A stretch of 64,000 bases of DNA from an uncultured Acidobacteriota bacterium (GCA_963813155.1 CAWEYG010000002.1:640001-704000), one strand, 5' to 3'; counted from the stretch's first letter, positions 40,152-50,286 are shown. The notes: generated by a model from the sequence alone, not told the origin. Numbers and translations are program-made.

Positions 40152-41500
40152 ACGAAACCCATCGCGTGCTGATCGTCGACGACGAGGACGGAATCCGATT
40201 CGCGCTCCGGGACTTTCTCGAATCGAGCGGCTTCGCCGTGGAAGAGGCCGCCAGCTGCGCCGAAGCCGAGAAAGTCTTCCGCACGAGCCGCCCCGATGCC
40301 GCCCTTCTCGATTTCCGGCTGCCCGACGGCAACGCGCTGGACCTGATCCCGAAGCTCAAAGCGCAGGACTCGACCGTTCCGGTGATCGTGCTCACGGCCC
40401 ACGCGTCGATCGACCTCGCCGTGCGCGCGATTCAGCAGGGGGCCGAACAGTTCCTCACGAAGCCGGTCGAGCTGCCCGCTCTTCTCGTCATCCTGCAGCG
40501 GGCGCTGGAAAACCAGCGGATCCGCCGCAAGGACGCCGCGAAGGCGCGGGGCGAGCGCTCGGCGGACGATCCTTTTCTCGGCGAGAGCGCGCCGATCCGG
40601 GCGCTCGCGGACCAGGCGCGCCGCAGTCTCGCGTCCGAGAGCCCCGTCCTGATCCAGGGCGAAACCGGCTCGGGAAAGGGAGTGCTCGCGCGCTGGATGC
40701 ACCGGAACGGCCCGCGGCCCGACGAGGCGTTCGTCGACTTGAACTGCGCGGGCCTGTCCCGGGAGTTCCTGGAGTCCGAGCTCTTCGGCCACGAAAAGGG
40801 AGCGTTCACGGGCGCGATCTCGAGCAAGCCCGGTCTTTTCGAGGTCGCCCACCGGGGCACGATGTTTCTCGACGAGATCGGCGACGTGGACCTCCAGGTT
40901 CAACCGAAGCTCCTGAAAGTGCTCGAGGAAAAATCCTTCCGCCGCCTGGGAGAAGTTCGCGACCGGCATGTCGACGTTCGGCTGATCGCGGCGACGCATC
41001 ACGACCTGAGCGCGCTGATTCGCGAAAAGACGTTTCGCAGCGACCTTTACTTTCGGATCAGCACGATCCCGCTCACCGTCCCGCCGCTGCGGGAGCGCGT
41101 GGAGGACATCCCGGTTCTCGCCCGCCACTTTCTCTCCGCCCTCCCCGGGGCTGCCGAGCGCGGCGGCGTCACCCTCTCGACCGAGGCGGAGAAGATTTTT
41201 TGCCGCTATCCGTGGCCCGGGAACCTGCGGGAGCTTCGAAACGTCATCGAGCGGGCCCTCCTCTTCGTCGAGGGAAATTCGCTCACCGCCCGGGACCTGC
41301 GGTTCGACGCCTCGCCGCAAGCCTCTTCCAGCGACGGGGACCTCCAGCTGAGCCTCCAGGAGGTCGAGGTCCGGCACATTCGGCGGGTGCTCGAAGACGA
41401 GAAGGGCCACGTCGAAAAGGCCGCCGCGCGCCTCGGAGTCCCGAAGAGCTCCCTCTACGAGAAGATCCGCCGGCACGGAATCGTGGTCTCCAAGGTCTAG
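40148..41500 (+). CDS. NtrC/AtoC-family sigma-54 enhancer-binding response regulator
   Basis: REC domain; GETGSGKG, ESELFGHEKGAFTGA, LDEIG, WPGNLREL; Fis-type HTH. Confidence 0.95.
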   Translation: MNETHRVLIVDDEDGIRFALRDFLESSGFAVEEAASCAEAEKVFRTSRPDAALLDFRLPDGNALDLIPKLKAQDSTVPVIVLTAHASIDLAVRAIQQGAEQFLTKPVELPALLVILQRALENQRIRRKDAAKARGERSADDPFLGESAPIRALADQARRSLASESPVLIQGETGSGKGVLARWMHRNGPRPDEAFVDLNCAGLSREFLESELFGHEKGAFTGAISSKPGLFEVAHRGTMFLDEIGDVDLQVQPKLLKVLEEKSFRRLGEVRDRHVDVRLIAATHHDLSALIREKTFRSDLYFRISTIPLTVPPLRERVEDIPVLARHFLSALPGAAERGGVTLSTEAEKIFCRYPWPGNLRELRNVIERALLFVEGNSLTARDLRFDASPQASSSDGDLQLSLQEVEVRHIRRVLEDEKGHVEKAAARLGVPKSSLYEKIRRHGIVVSKV

Positions 41501-41606
41501 AAAGCGTTTCTCTCACCGGGACGGCGGATGCCCTCCGATGGAGGGTGATATTACTCCAACTCATTCATAATTAAAAGACTTAAATTCGAATTCGTCCCAT
41601 CGAAAG

Positions 41607-41622
41607 CGGCCCCTTCGTTGCA
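41607..41622 (+). promoter_or_regulatory. Candidate sigma-54 promoter
   Basis: CGGCCCCTTCGTTGCA (GG-N10-GC) preceded by an AT-rich tract at about 41549-41592. Confidence 0.5.
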
Positions 41623-41635
41623 ATTTCCGTCCGGC

Positions 41636-42019
41636 ATGAGCGAACCAAAGACGATTCTCATTGTGGACGACGAGGAATTCATCCGCTTCGCCCTGAGCGA
41701 GTACTTCTCGGTCCTCGGTTACCAGGTCGACGTGGCGGGCGAGTGGGAAGAAGCCGAGGCCCTTCTGGCCTCGCGCCGCTACCAGCTCGTGATCAGCGAT
41801 CTGCGGCTGACGGGGTTCGGCGGGACCGAGGGGCTCGAGATCGTCCGCTCGATCCATCAGAGGTGGCCGGGCACGCGCGTGATGCTCCTCACCGGATACG
41901 GCAGCGGCGAAGTGAAAGCGGAAGCCGTCCGAAGAGGCGTCGACGCGTTCCTCGAAAAGCCGATGCCCCTCCCCGAGATCGCGCGAATTGCCGATTGCAT
42001 GCTGGCGCGGACCGCCTGA
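41636..42019 (+). CDS. Single-domain response regulator
   Basis: ILIVDDEE, SDLRL, LTGYG, EKP. Confidence 0.88.
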   Translation: MSEPKTILIVDDEEFIRFALSEYFSVLGYQVDVAGEWEEAEALLASRRYQLVISDLRLTGFGGTEGLEIVRSIHQRWPGTRVMLLTGYGSGEVKAEAVRRGVDAFLEKPMPLPEIARIADCMLARTA

Positions 42020-42020
42020 G

Positions 42021-42843
42021 ATGGAGACGACGATGACGAGCTCTCCCTCCGCCGGCCCGAATCTGGTCGACCGAATCCTCGCGCCGGGCGGCCTCCGGGT
42101 CGAGCTCCAGCCGATTCTCGACGTCGAGGGCCCCCTCACCGCCGTTCACTCGTACGAGTGCCTGAGCCGCGGTCCTTCGGGAACGAACATGGCGTCGGCG
42201 GATATTCTGTTCGAGTACATCCGAAGAAAGAAAATCGAGCAGAACATGGACCGCGCGTGCATCGAGGCGGGGCTGGAAACCGCAAGCCGGCTGCCCGGTC
42301 TGCCCCACTTCGCCGTCAACGTCCACGCGATCACGATCGCGACGGATCCGGACTTCCCGGACTTCCTGAAGAAGGCCGCCTCGGCGCCGGGGAATCTCGA
42401 CGTCGCGACTCACCGTGGAAATCGTCGAACACGCCCCGACCTGGCACGAGGGTTCGTTCCTGGACACGCTGACCCGCCTTCGGGAGCTCGGCGTCCAGAT
42501 CGCGCTCGACGACGTCGGGCTGGGCCACTCGAACTACAAGATGATCCTCGAGGCGAACCCCGATTACCTCAAGATCGACCGGTTCTTCGTGACGAACTGC
42601 CACAACGACCGGAAGAGGCGCGCCGTGATCCGCTCGATCGTCGAGCTCGCCCGCGACTTCGAAGCCACCGTCATCGCCGAAGGAGTCGAAAGCCGGGAGG
42701 AGTTCGACTGGCTGTGCGACCAGGGTGTGCGGCTGTTCCAGGGCTACTTCTTTTCGCGGCCCCTTCCGGTCGAAGCGTTCCTGGGAAGCGCATGGCGGGA
42801 AAATCTCGCCGTCGCAAGCTCGCACAACCGCTCCGACGCGTGA
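42021..42843 (+). CDS. Stand-alone EAL c-di-GMP phosphodiesterase (frameshift near 42400)
   Basis: QPI, YECLSR, VNV, EIVE, DDVGLGHS, LKID, AEGVE, QGY. Confidence 0.85.
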
Positions 42844-42876
42844 TCCTCTGATATCTTTCTCTTCGGAGAAAGAACC

Positions 42877-44142
42877 ATGCTCTCGAGACTTCTCTTCGCG
42901 GTTCTCGCGGCCGTTTCCGCCGCCGCACCCCCGAAACCCGAACCTTCCGCCGGCTCGATCCTGATCCGCGCGGGCCGGATCCTCGACGGCCGGGGCGGCG
43001 TCGCGACGAACCAGGCGATCTGGATCGAAGGGAGCAAGATCCGGGAAGTGGGCCCGGCGGCGAAAATCGCGCGCGGCCGAACGGCCTCCCGGGAGATCGA
43101 CCTCTCCCGCTCGACGGTTCTCCCCGGCCTGATCGACGTGCACGTGCACATCGGCTGGCACTTCAACAGGGACGGAAGGCTCCACACGGAAAAGGACGGC
43201 GAAAGCGCCGCGGAGTCGGCGTTCGCCGGGGCGGGAAACGCGGCCGCGACCCTTGCCGCCGGTTTCACGACCGTTCAGAGCGTCGGCGCTCCGGAGGACC
43301 GGGAGCTGCGCGACGCGGTCGCGCGAGGGGTCGTCGCGGGGCCGAGGATCCTGACCTCGCTCGAGCCGCTCTCGGAAGAGAGCGGCACGCCGGACCAGAT
43401 CCGCGCGCTCGTTCGCGAGCGCAAGGCCGCGGGCGCCGACGTCGTCAAGCTGTTCGCTTCGAAGAGCATTCGCGAAGGCGGGGCGCAGACGATGACCGAC
43501 GCGCAACTCTCGGCCGCCTGCGGGGAGGCGAAGGCCCTCGGCCTGCGCACGCTCGTGCACGCCCACAGCGCCGAAAGCATGCGCGCCGCGACGCTCGCGG
43601 GCTGCTCGCAGATCGAGCACGGAATTTTCGCGACGCCGGAGGTCCTGAAGCTGATGGCCGAGCGCGGAACGGTCTTCGACCCGCAATGCGGATTGATCTT
43701 CCACAATTACCTCGAAAACAAGGCGAAGTACCTCGGCATCGAGAATTATTCGGAGGCGGGCTTCGCGGCGATGGAAAAGGCCGTTCCGCTCGCGATCGAA
43801 ACCGTCCGGAAAGCGCTCGGGACCCCCGGCCTGAAGGTCGTGTTCGGAACCGACGCCGTCGCGGGCGCGCACGGGAGAAACGCCGAAGACCTCGTCTGCC
43901 GCGTCCGGGAGGTCGGCCAGGACCCTCTCCGCGCGATTCAGTCGGCGACCTCCGCCGCGGCGGAGTCGCTCGGGCTCGGCAAGGAAATCGGCGCGATCGC
44001 GCCGGGCATGGAAGCGGACCTGATCGCGGTGCCCGGCGATCCGCTCAAGGACATCGCGCTTCTGCGCAGCGTCGAATTCGTCATGAAGGGCGGCAAAGTT
44101 TTCCGCGGCCCCGAGGGCCTTGCCTCTTCTCCCGCTCGGTGA
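42877..44142 (+). CDS. Exported amidohydrolase (prolidase-like)
   Basis: PGLIDVHVH, VHAH, IEHG, FGTDA, ADLIAV.GDPL.DI. Confidence 0.88.
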   Translation: MLSRLLFAVLAAVSAAAPPKPEPSAGSILIRAGRILDGRGGVATNQAIWIEGSKIREVGPAAKIARGRTASREIDLSRSTVLPGLIDVHVHIGWHFNRDGRLHTEKDGESAAESAFAGAGNAAATLAAGFTTVQSVGAPEDRELRDAVARGVVAGPRILTSLEPLSEESGTPDQIRALVRERKAAGADVVKLFASKSIREGGAQTMTDAQLSAACGEAKALGLRTLVHAHSAESMRAATLAGCSQIEHGIFATPEVLKLMAERGTVFDPQCGLIFHNYLENKAKYLGIENYSEAGFAAMEKAVPLAIETVRKALGTPGLKVVFGTDAVAGAHGRNAEDLVCRVREVGQDPLRAIQSATSAAAESLGLGKEIGAIAPGMEADLIAVPGDPLKDIALLRSVEFVMKGGKVFRGPEGLASSPAR

Positions 44143-44180
44143 GAAGATTCCTCCAAATTTTTTCCGAGACAGGAGGATTC

Positions 44181-44768
44181 ATGTCGAAGGGATCGATCGG
44201 AGTTGGGGTCCTGCTCGCCGTCGCGAGCCTGGGCGCGATGGCGGCGACACAGAAGTCCGCGGGAAAGAGCGGCGGCGCTGCGGTCGCGCGCGGGAAGTAT
44301 CTCGTGACGACTTCCGCCTGCAACGACTGCCACACGCCGAAGAAGATGGGCCCGAACGGGCCGGAACTGGATACGAGCCGCCTGCTCGCGGGCCACGTCG
44401 CCGTCAAGATGCCCCCGCCGCCGGCTTCCTCCGGCCCGTGGATGATCCACACGAACGACCAGCTCACGGCCTGGGCGGGACCCTGGGGCATCAGCTACAC
44501 GAGGAATCTGACGCCCGACCCGAACACCGGCATCGGGAGCTGGACGGAGGAAACGTTCATCAAGGCCATCCGGACCGGCAAGCACATGGGCGTCTCGCGC
44601 CCGATTCTGCCCCCGATGCCGTGGCAGGTGTACAGCCAGATGACCGACGCCGATCTGAAAGCGATCTACGCCTACCTGAGGACGATTCCCGCGATCGAGA
44701 ACCCAACGCCCGACCCGATTCCTCCTCCGGCGGCGCCCGCGCCGAAGCCGGCCGGAAAGAAGCCGTAG
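44181..44768 (+). CDS. Exported c-type cytochrome
   Basis: RBS AGGAGG; RGKYL..CNDCHTP, NLTPD..TGIG.W, PMPW, DLKAIYAYL. Confidence 0.9.
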   Translation: MSKGSIGVGVLLAVASLGAMAATQKSAGKSGGAAVARGKYLVTTSACNDCHTPKKMGPNGPELDTSRLLAGHVAVKMPPPPASSGPWMIHTNDQLTAWAGPWGISYTRNLTPDPNTGIGSWTEETFIKAIRTGKHMGVSRPILPPMPWQVYSQMTDADLKAIYAYLRTIPAIENPTPDPIPPPAAPAPKPAGKKP

Positions 44769-45730
44769 AACTCTCTCTTTCGCTCGTCGAAGAGGCCGCG
44801 GAGCAGCTCCGCGGCCAGATCCTCGCGACGCCTCTCGAAGAGTCCCCGGAACTTTCCCGGCTCGCCGGGTCGCCCGTCTGGCTGAAGCTGGAAAACCTCC
44901 AGAAGACGGGATCGTTCAAAATCCGGGGAGCTCTCTTCCAGCTCGCCGGCCTGTCGGAAAGCGAGAAAAAGCTCGGCGTCGTCACCTGTTCGGCCGGCAA
45001 CCACGGAAAGGCGGTCGCCGAGGCGGCGAAGCGGTCCGGCGTCCCGGCGACCGTGTGCGTGCCCAAGACGGTCGACGCCTCGAAGCTGCACGGCATCGTC
45101 GCGCGCGGCGCGGAGGTCCGGATCTCCGAATTCCGCGGCTACGACGAGACGCAGGACTGGGCGATCGAGCTCGCGAAACGCGAGGGCAAGCCGTTTCTCT
45201 CCGCCTTCGACGACGTGCGCGTGATGGCGGCGAACGGCGGCACCCTGGCCCGCGAAGTCCTGGACGAGATCCCCGCCGCGGCGACCTTCCTGCTTCCGGT
45301 CGGCGGCGGAGGGCTCTCCGCCGGCTTTTCGTTCGTCGCGAAAAATCGCAACCCGGGCTCGCTCGTGGTCGGCTGCCAGCACGAAAGCTCTCCGGGCCTC
45401 GCCCTCTCCCTCGAAGCGGGCCGCGCCATCACCCGGCTTCCGCCGGCGGAGACGCTGGCCGGAGGAATCGAAGGAGGGATCGGCGAGCTCCCTTTCGAGG
45501 TTCTCCGATCCCGCGTCGATCGCGTCGCCCTCCTCTCCGAAGAGGAACTGCTCGGAGCGGTCGTCTGGATGCTCGAGAATCATCAGCACGTCATCGAGCC
45601 CTCCGCGGCGGCGGCGATCGCCGCCGTTCTCACGGGGAAGGCGGGGGCCCTGGCCGGGCCGGCCGTGATCGTCGTGACGGGACGCAACGTCGCCGCGTCG
45701 ACGTACAAGCGAATCCTCGGCAAAAGCTAG
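44765..45730 (+). CDS. PLP-dependent threonine/serine dehydratase (fold type II), apparent GTA start
   Basis: LKLENLQKTGSFKIRGA, SAGNHG, PVGGGGL, EPS, TGRN. Confidence 0.88.
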   Translation, partial: VELSLSLVEEAAEQLRGQILATPLEESPELSRLAGSPVWLKLENLQKTGSFKIRGALFQLAGLSESEKKLGVVTCSAGNHGKAVAEAAKRSGVPATVCVPKTVDASKLHGIVARGAEVRISEFRGYDETQDWAIELAKREGKPFLSAFDDVRVMAANGGTLAREVLDEIPAAATFLLPVGGGGLSAGFSFVAKNRNPGSLVVGCQHESSPGLALSLEAGRAITRLPPAETLAGGIEGGIGELPFEVLRSRVDRVALLSEEELLGAVVWMLENHQHVIEPSAAAAIAAVLTGKAGALAGPAVIVVTGRNVAASTYKRILGKS

Positions 45731-45731
45731 A

Positions 45732-48700
45732 ATGGCCAGCGTCATGCTCGAAAAATTCGGTCCCGCCGACCGGCGCTTCGTCCTCGCGTGCGCGGCGGCC
45801 ATCGCGATCTGCGGGGCGGTCGGGGCGCGACTGTTTCCGCGCGCCTTCCCGGAGGCGGCGCTCGTTCTCAAGGTGCAGCCGAAGCAGGCCGGGGAAATCG
45901 CCGGAAGCGTGCTGTCCCGCGAGTCCGCCTTCCCGGCGGAGGCGCTCCGGGGCGAGTCGGGCTGGCACCACGCGTTCCGATTCGCCGTCGACGACACGCC
46001 GAAGGTCTACCTCGAGCGGACGCTCGGGCTGAAGCGGGCGAATGCGTTCTTCGGGCGCGAGGCGAAAGTCTGGAGATGGGAGCTCCGCTGGTTTCGCTCG
46101 GGCCAGAAGGAAGAGTGGAGAGCCTCCGTGACGCCGCTCGGAGATTTTGCCGGGTTCTCCCACCTCGTGCCGGAAGCGGCAGCGGGATCGCGTCTTGCGG
46201 CGCCGCAGGCTCGCGCCCTCGCCGAGGCCTACCTCCAGCGGCGCGGAATCGCCCCGTCGGCGGTCGATCTCGTCGAATCCGCCCCGCAGACCCTCCCGCA
46301 GCGGGTGGACTGGAACCTCGTCTTCGAAAAGCGCGGCGTTCGTCTCGGCGAGGCGACGATTCGGTACCGCGTGCAGCTCCAGGGAGAGCGCGTCGGCGCG
46401 TTCTCCGAATTCGTGAAAGTCCCCGAGCAATGGGAGCGCGACTACGCGCGGCTGCGCTCTTCCAACGATTCGGCATCCCAGGTCGACGCCCTCTTCCTCC
46501 TCCTGACGATCGTCGCGATGATCGCGGTGCTCGTCCAGAAGACAATCCGGAAGGACGTTCCGTGGAAGCTCGTCGCGGGATTCTGCGGGGCAGCCTTCGT
46601 TCTGGCCTTCCTCTCGATCGTCAACGGATTTTCCGTCTCGGGCTTCGACTACAGCACTTCGAGCCCGTACTCCGCATTCCTCGTCCAGCGAATCACGTTC
46701 GCCGTCCTTTCCGCGCTCGGGCAGGCCGTCCTGATCGGCGTCGTCGTCGCCTCGGGCGAGCCGGCGTTTCGCGAACAGTTCCCGAAAAAGATCTCGATTC
46801 CCGGAGTGTTCTCGCGGCGCGGGCTGCGAAGCCGCACCTGCTTCCGAGGGATCGTCCTCGGTTACGCCCTGACGGCGTTTTTCTTCGCCTACCAGGCGGT
46901 TTTCTACGTCGTCGCGGCGCGGTTCGGCGCGTGGGCGCCCGCGGAGGTTCCTTACGACGACATCCTGAACACGACCTTTCCGTGGGCGACGGTCCTCTTC
47001 ATGGGATTTTTCCCCGCCGTGTCGGAAGAATTCATCAGCCGCATCTTCTCGATTTCTTTTCTCGACCGGATTTTTCGGTCGAAGGCGCTCGCGATCGTCC
47101 TGCCGGCGTTCATCTGGGGGTTCGGCCACTCGAGCTACCCGAACCAGCCGTTCTTCATCCGGGGACTGGAGGTCGGCCTCGCAGGCCTCCTCGTGGGCGT
47201 CGTGTTCTGGAAGTACGGGATCGTGCCGATCCTCGTGTGGCACTTCACCGTCGACGCGACCTACACGGCCCTCCTGCTGTTGCGATCCGGCAATGCGTAC
47301 TACGCGCTCTCGGGCGCGATTTCCGCGGGCGCGCTGCTGATCCCCCTTGTCGCGAGCATCGTCGCGCTCCGGCGTTTCGGAGGCTTCGAGCCGGAAACGG
47401 GCCTGACGAACGCCGACCTGGGCTTCGTGCCCGCTCCCGCCCGAGCCGAGGAGGAGATTTCCGCGGAAACCGCGCCGCGGCCGCTCTCCCCGTCGGCTCT
47501 TCGCGCGAGCGTGATCGTGCTCGTTCCTCTCGCTCTGCTCTTCTTTCTTCCCGCGGGGATTCCCGGCGGCGATCTCCGCGACGCCGTGGGTCGCGACGGC
47601 GCGATCGCCGCGGGAAAGGCGTTTCTGCGCGCCAACGGAGGCGACCCCTCGCGTTACCGGCTCGCCTCCTACGGCGCGACCGGCTTCGCCGAGGAACGGG
47701 ACATGGCGCAGGCCAATCCCGAGGAGACGGCGCAGTTCGCGGCGTTTTCGGAGGACGCGGCGCGTTACGTGCTCCGCGAGGGGGGAGCGAAGGACTTCGA
47801 CCGGCTCGCCGGGCGGGACCTGCCGACGGAGCTCTGGGCCCTGCGGTTCGTTGCGCCCGGAGACAAGCGGGAATGGAAGCTTCTGATCGACGCGCAAACC
47901 GGCCGCATCGCGGCGTTCGCGCATCCTCTCGAAGAAGACGACTCGGCCGCGCAGGCGGGCGGGCTCGCTCTCGAGACCGCAAAGCAGAGGGCTCTGCGAG
48001 CGGCCGGCAAGCTCGGCTACCGGAGCGCGTCGTACGCGGTCGTCGACGCGGGAGTCCAGACGCGCCCCCATCGCGTCGACACCCGGATCGTGCTCGAGGC
48101 CGCCGCCGACGGCGTGGCCGCTGCCCGGCCGAGACTGGTCGCGGTGTTCCACGGCTCGATGCTCGGGGCCTTCTATCCGGTCATTCGCGTTCCGGAGGAC
48201 TACCTTCGATCGCGAGAATCGCAGGGCCCGTTGTACTGGATCGCCGTCTGCGCGAAGCTCGTCGCCTCGGCGCTTCTGCTCGGCTGCGGCCTGTTCGTCG
48301 TTCTCGACCAGTTTCGCCGGCCGGGTTTTCGCTGGAAGTGGCTCGCCGCGCCGATCGCCCTTGCGGCGATTTTTTCCGCTGTCGACGCCGCGAACGGCGT
48401 TCCGCAGATCTGGCGCGCGTACCGCACGGTCATCCCCGTTTCCCTGTTCCGGGTGAGCGCGGCGGTGGGAGTCCTGATCCGCGCGCTCGGAGTGTCGATC
48501 GCGGCCCTCGTCGGCTGCGTGCTCCTCGACGGGGTGAGGCCTCGCTGGACCCGGCGGTGGAGATTTTCGGGCAGCGCTTCGAGCTCTTTCCTTCGCGCAG
48601 CGCTCGCGGCGATCGGCTTCGCCGAGGCCGCGCGGCTGAAGGCCGTCCTCGCGCTTCGGTTCCCGGCGAGCTTCGGCGCGGAACCCGGCCTTCCGCCGCC

Positions 48701-49145
48701 GGCCAACGCCGCGATTCCCGCGCTGCGGATCCTGACCTCGGGAGCCTTTCGGCTGTTTCTCCTGACCGCGGTCGCGTCCGCCGCCGTGCTCGCCACGAGG
48801 TCGGTTCGCTTCTCCGCCCCGCGCCTCCGCGTCCTTGCGGCCTTTCTCGTTTTTCTCCTCGCGGTGCCGATCGGCGCGAAGTCTCCGGGAGAAGCTCTCT
48901 GGCCAACGCTCGCGCTCGCCGCGGCGCTCGCCTGGGCGGGATTCTCGTTCTTCGTGCTTCTCGCCGACGATCCGGCGGCCTGGCTGTGCTTCGGCGCCCT
49001 CGCGCTCGTGGGGGCGCCCGCTCTGGAACTGCTCGGCCAGGCTGCGCGCGCCGACAGGGTTCAGGGCGGGATCGCGCTCGCGGCCGCAGGTCTCGTCGTC
49101 GCGTGGATTTTCGTGCGCCGAATCGACGCTTCCCGCCTCGCGTGA
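45732..49145 (+). CDS. Large CPBP (Abi/CAAX-like) intramembrane protease with duplicated periplasmic modules
   Basis: EE..SR, F.WGFGH, HF..D motifs in the central TM block; two large soluble domains, each followed by TM helices. Confidence 0.8.
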   Translation: MASVMLEKFGPADRRFVLACAAAIAICGAVGARLFPRAFPEAALVLKVQPKQAGEIAGSVLSRESAFPAEALRGESGWHHAFRFAVDDTPKVYLERTLGLKRANAFFGREAKVWRWELRWFRSGQKEEWRASVTPLGDFAGFSHLVPEAAAGSRLAAPQARALAEAYLQRRGIAPSAVDLVESAPQTLPQRVDWNLVFEKRGVRLGEATIRYRVQLQGERVGAFSEFVKVPEQWERDYARLRSSNDSASQVDALFLLLTIVAMIAVLVQKTIRKDVPWKLVAGFCGAAFVLAFLSIVNGFSVSGFDYSTSSPYSAFLVQRITFAVLSALGQAVLIGVVVASGEPAFREQFPKKISIPGVFSRRGLRSRTCFRGIVLGYALTAFFFAYQAVFYVVAARFGAWAPAEVPYDDILNTTFPWATVLFMGFFPAVSEEFISRIFSISFLDRIFRSKALAIVLPAFIWGFGHSSYPNQPFFIRGLEVGLAGLLVGVVFWKYGIVPILVWHFTVDATYTALLLLRSGNAYYALSGAISAGALLIPLVASIVALRRFGGFEPETGLTNADLGFVPAPARAEEEISAETAPRPLSPSALRASVIVLVPLALLFFLPAGIPGGDLRDAVGRDGAIAAGKAFLRANGGDPSRYRLASYGATGFAEERDMAQANPEETAQFAAFSEDAARYVLREGGAKDFDRLAGRDLPTELWALRFVAPGDKREWKLLIDAQTGRIAAFAHPLEEDDSAAQAGGLALETAKQRALRAAGKLGYRSASYAVVDAGVQTRPHRVDTRIVLEAAADGVAAARPRLVAVFHGSMLGAFYPVIRVPEDYLRSRESQGPLYWIAVCAKLVASALLLGCGLFVVLDQFRRPGFRWKWLAAPIALAAIFSAVDAANGVPQIWRAYRTVIPVSLFRVSAAVGVLIRALGVSIAALVGCVLLDGVRPRWTRRWRFSGSASSSFLRAALAAIGFAEAARLKAVLALRFPASFGAEPGLPPPANAAIPALRILTSGAFRLFLLTAVASAAVLATRSVRFSAPRLRVLAAFLVFLLAVPIGAKSPGEALWPTLALAAALAWAGFSFFVLLADDPAAWLCFGALALVGAPALELLGQAARADRVQGGIALAAAGLVVAWIFVRRIDASRLA

Positions 49146-49209
49146 GCGGGAATTCTTTGCCGCCTTCGGCCGTTGGCGGGTCAAAGAGAACAGAAAAAGG
49201 AGAATAAGA

Positions 49210-49791
49210 ATGCGAATGAACAGGATCTTCCCGATCGCGGCTCTCGTCTTGAACGCCGGCTTCCTGTTCGCGGCGCCGTCGATCGGCGGCCGCGCGCCGG
49301 ACTTCTCCCTCCCGGCCGCCGCGGGAGGCCAGTCCTTTTCCCTGTCGCAGGAGCTCGCGAAACACCGGCTGACCGTACTGATGTTCATCGCGACGCGTTG
49401 CCCGTTTTCCAATGCCTACAACGAACGGATGGAGCGGCTCAGCTCCGACTACGCCGCGAAAAATGTGGCGTTCGTCGGAATCAACAGCAACGAGGGAGAG
49501 CCGGCCTCGGCTGTCGTCGAGCATGCCCGGTCCCACGGGCTGACGTTTCCGATTCTCAAGGACGGCGGGAGCCGCGTCGCCGACCTTTTCGGCGCCCAGC
49601 GAACCCCGGAGATCTTCGTCATCGACGGGTCGGGGACGCTCCGCTACCACGGAAGAATCGACGAGAGCGCGGACAATCCTTCCGGCGTGCGCTCCCCGGA
49701 CCTGCGAAACGCTCTGGACGCTCTTCTCGCCGGCCGGGACGTTCCGGCCGCCGAAACGAAGGCCTTCGGCTGCAGCATCAAGCGTCCTTGA
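49210..49791 (+). CDS. Exported AhpC/TSA-type redoxin
   Basis: APDFSL, RCPFS, GINSN, RTPEIF, YHGRID, FGCSIK. Confidence 0.88.
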   Translation: MRMNRIFPIAALVLNAGFLFAAPSIGGRAPDFSLPAAAGGQSFSLSQELAKHRLTVLMFIATRCPFSNAYNERMERLSSDYAAKNVAFVGINSNEGEPASAVVEHARSHGLTFPILKDGGSRVADLFGAQRTPEIFVIDGSGTLRYHGRIDESADNPSGVRSPDLRNALDALLAGRDVPAAETKAFGCSIKRP

Positions 49792-50274
49792 AGGCCGTCC
49801 TCGGAGCCGGGTTTCTCCTCTGTCTTTCCGCGGCCACTGGCGGCGCGCGTCGTCCCGGTTCGGCCGGAAGAGTTCCGATCGCGGATCGTCGCGCCCCATC
49901 GGGGCCGCGTGCTGGCCGTCAATTTCTGGGCGACCTGGTGCGAGCCCTGCCGGCAGGAAATGCCCGATCTGGTCGAGGCCGCGCGCCGGCACGCGCGCGA
50001 AGGGCTCGACGTCGTTTTGGTCTCCGCGGACTTTCGAAAAGACCTGCCGGCCGTCGAGCGGTTCCTGCGGCGTTTCCGGGTTCCGTTCTCCTGCTTTCTC
50101 GAGGAGTCGCAGGACCCTCAGGCGTTCATCGACGCGGTCGATCCGAAGTGGGGCGGCGAGCTTCCGCGCACGATCGTCTACGACAGGACGGGAGCGGCGC
50201 GCGCTTCGCTGTCCTCGCGCCAGACCCGCGACGGGTTCGAGCAAGCGTTTCGGAATGCCCTCGGGAAACGGTGA
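49788..50274 (+). CDS. TlpA-family thiol-disulfide oxidoreductase (frameshift near 49840)
   Basis: VNFWATWCEPCRQEMP, W.GELP.T; TTG start overlapping the upstream TGA. Confidence 0.85.
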
Positions 50275-50286
50275 GGCGGCTTCCGG

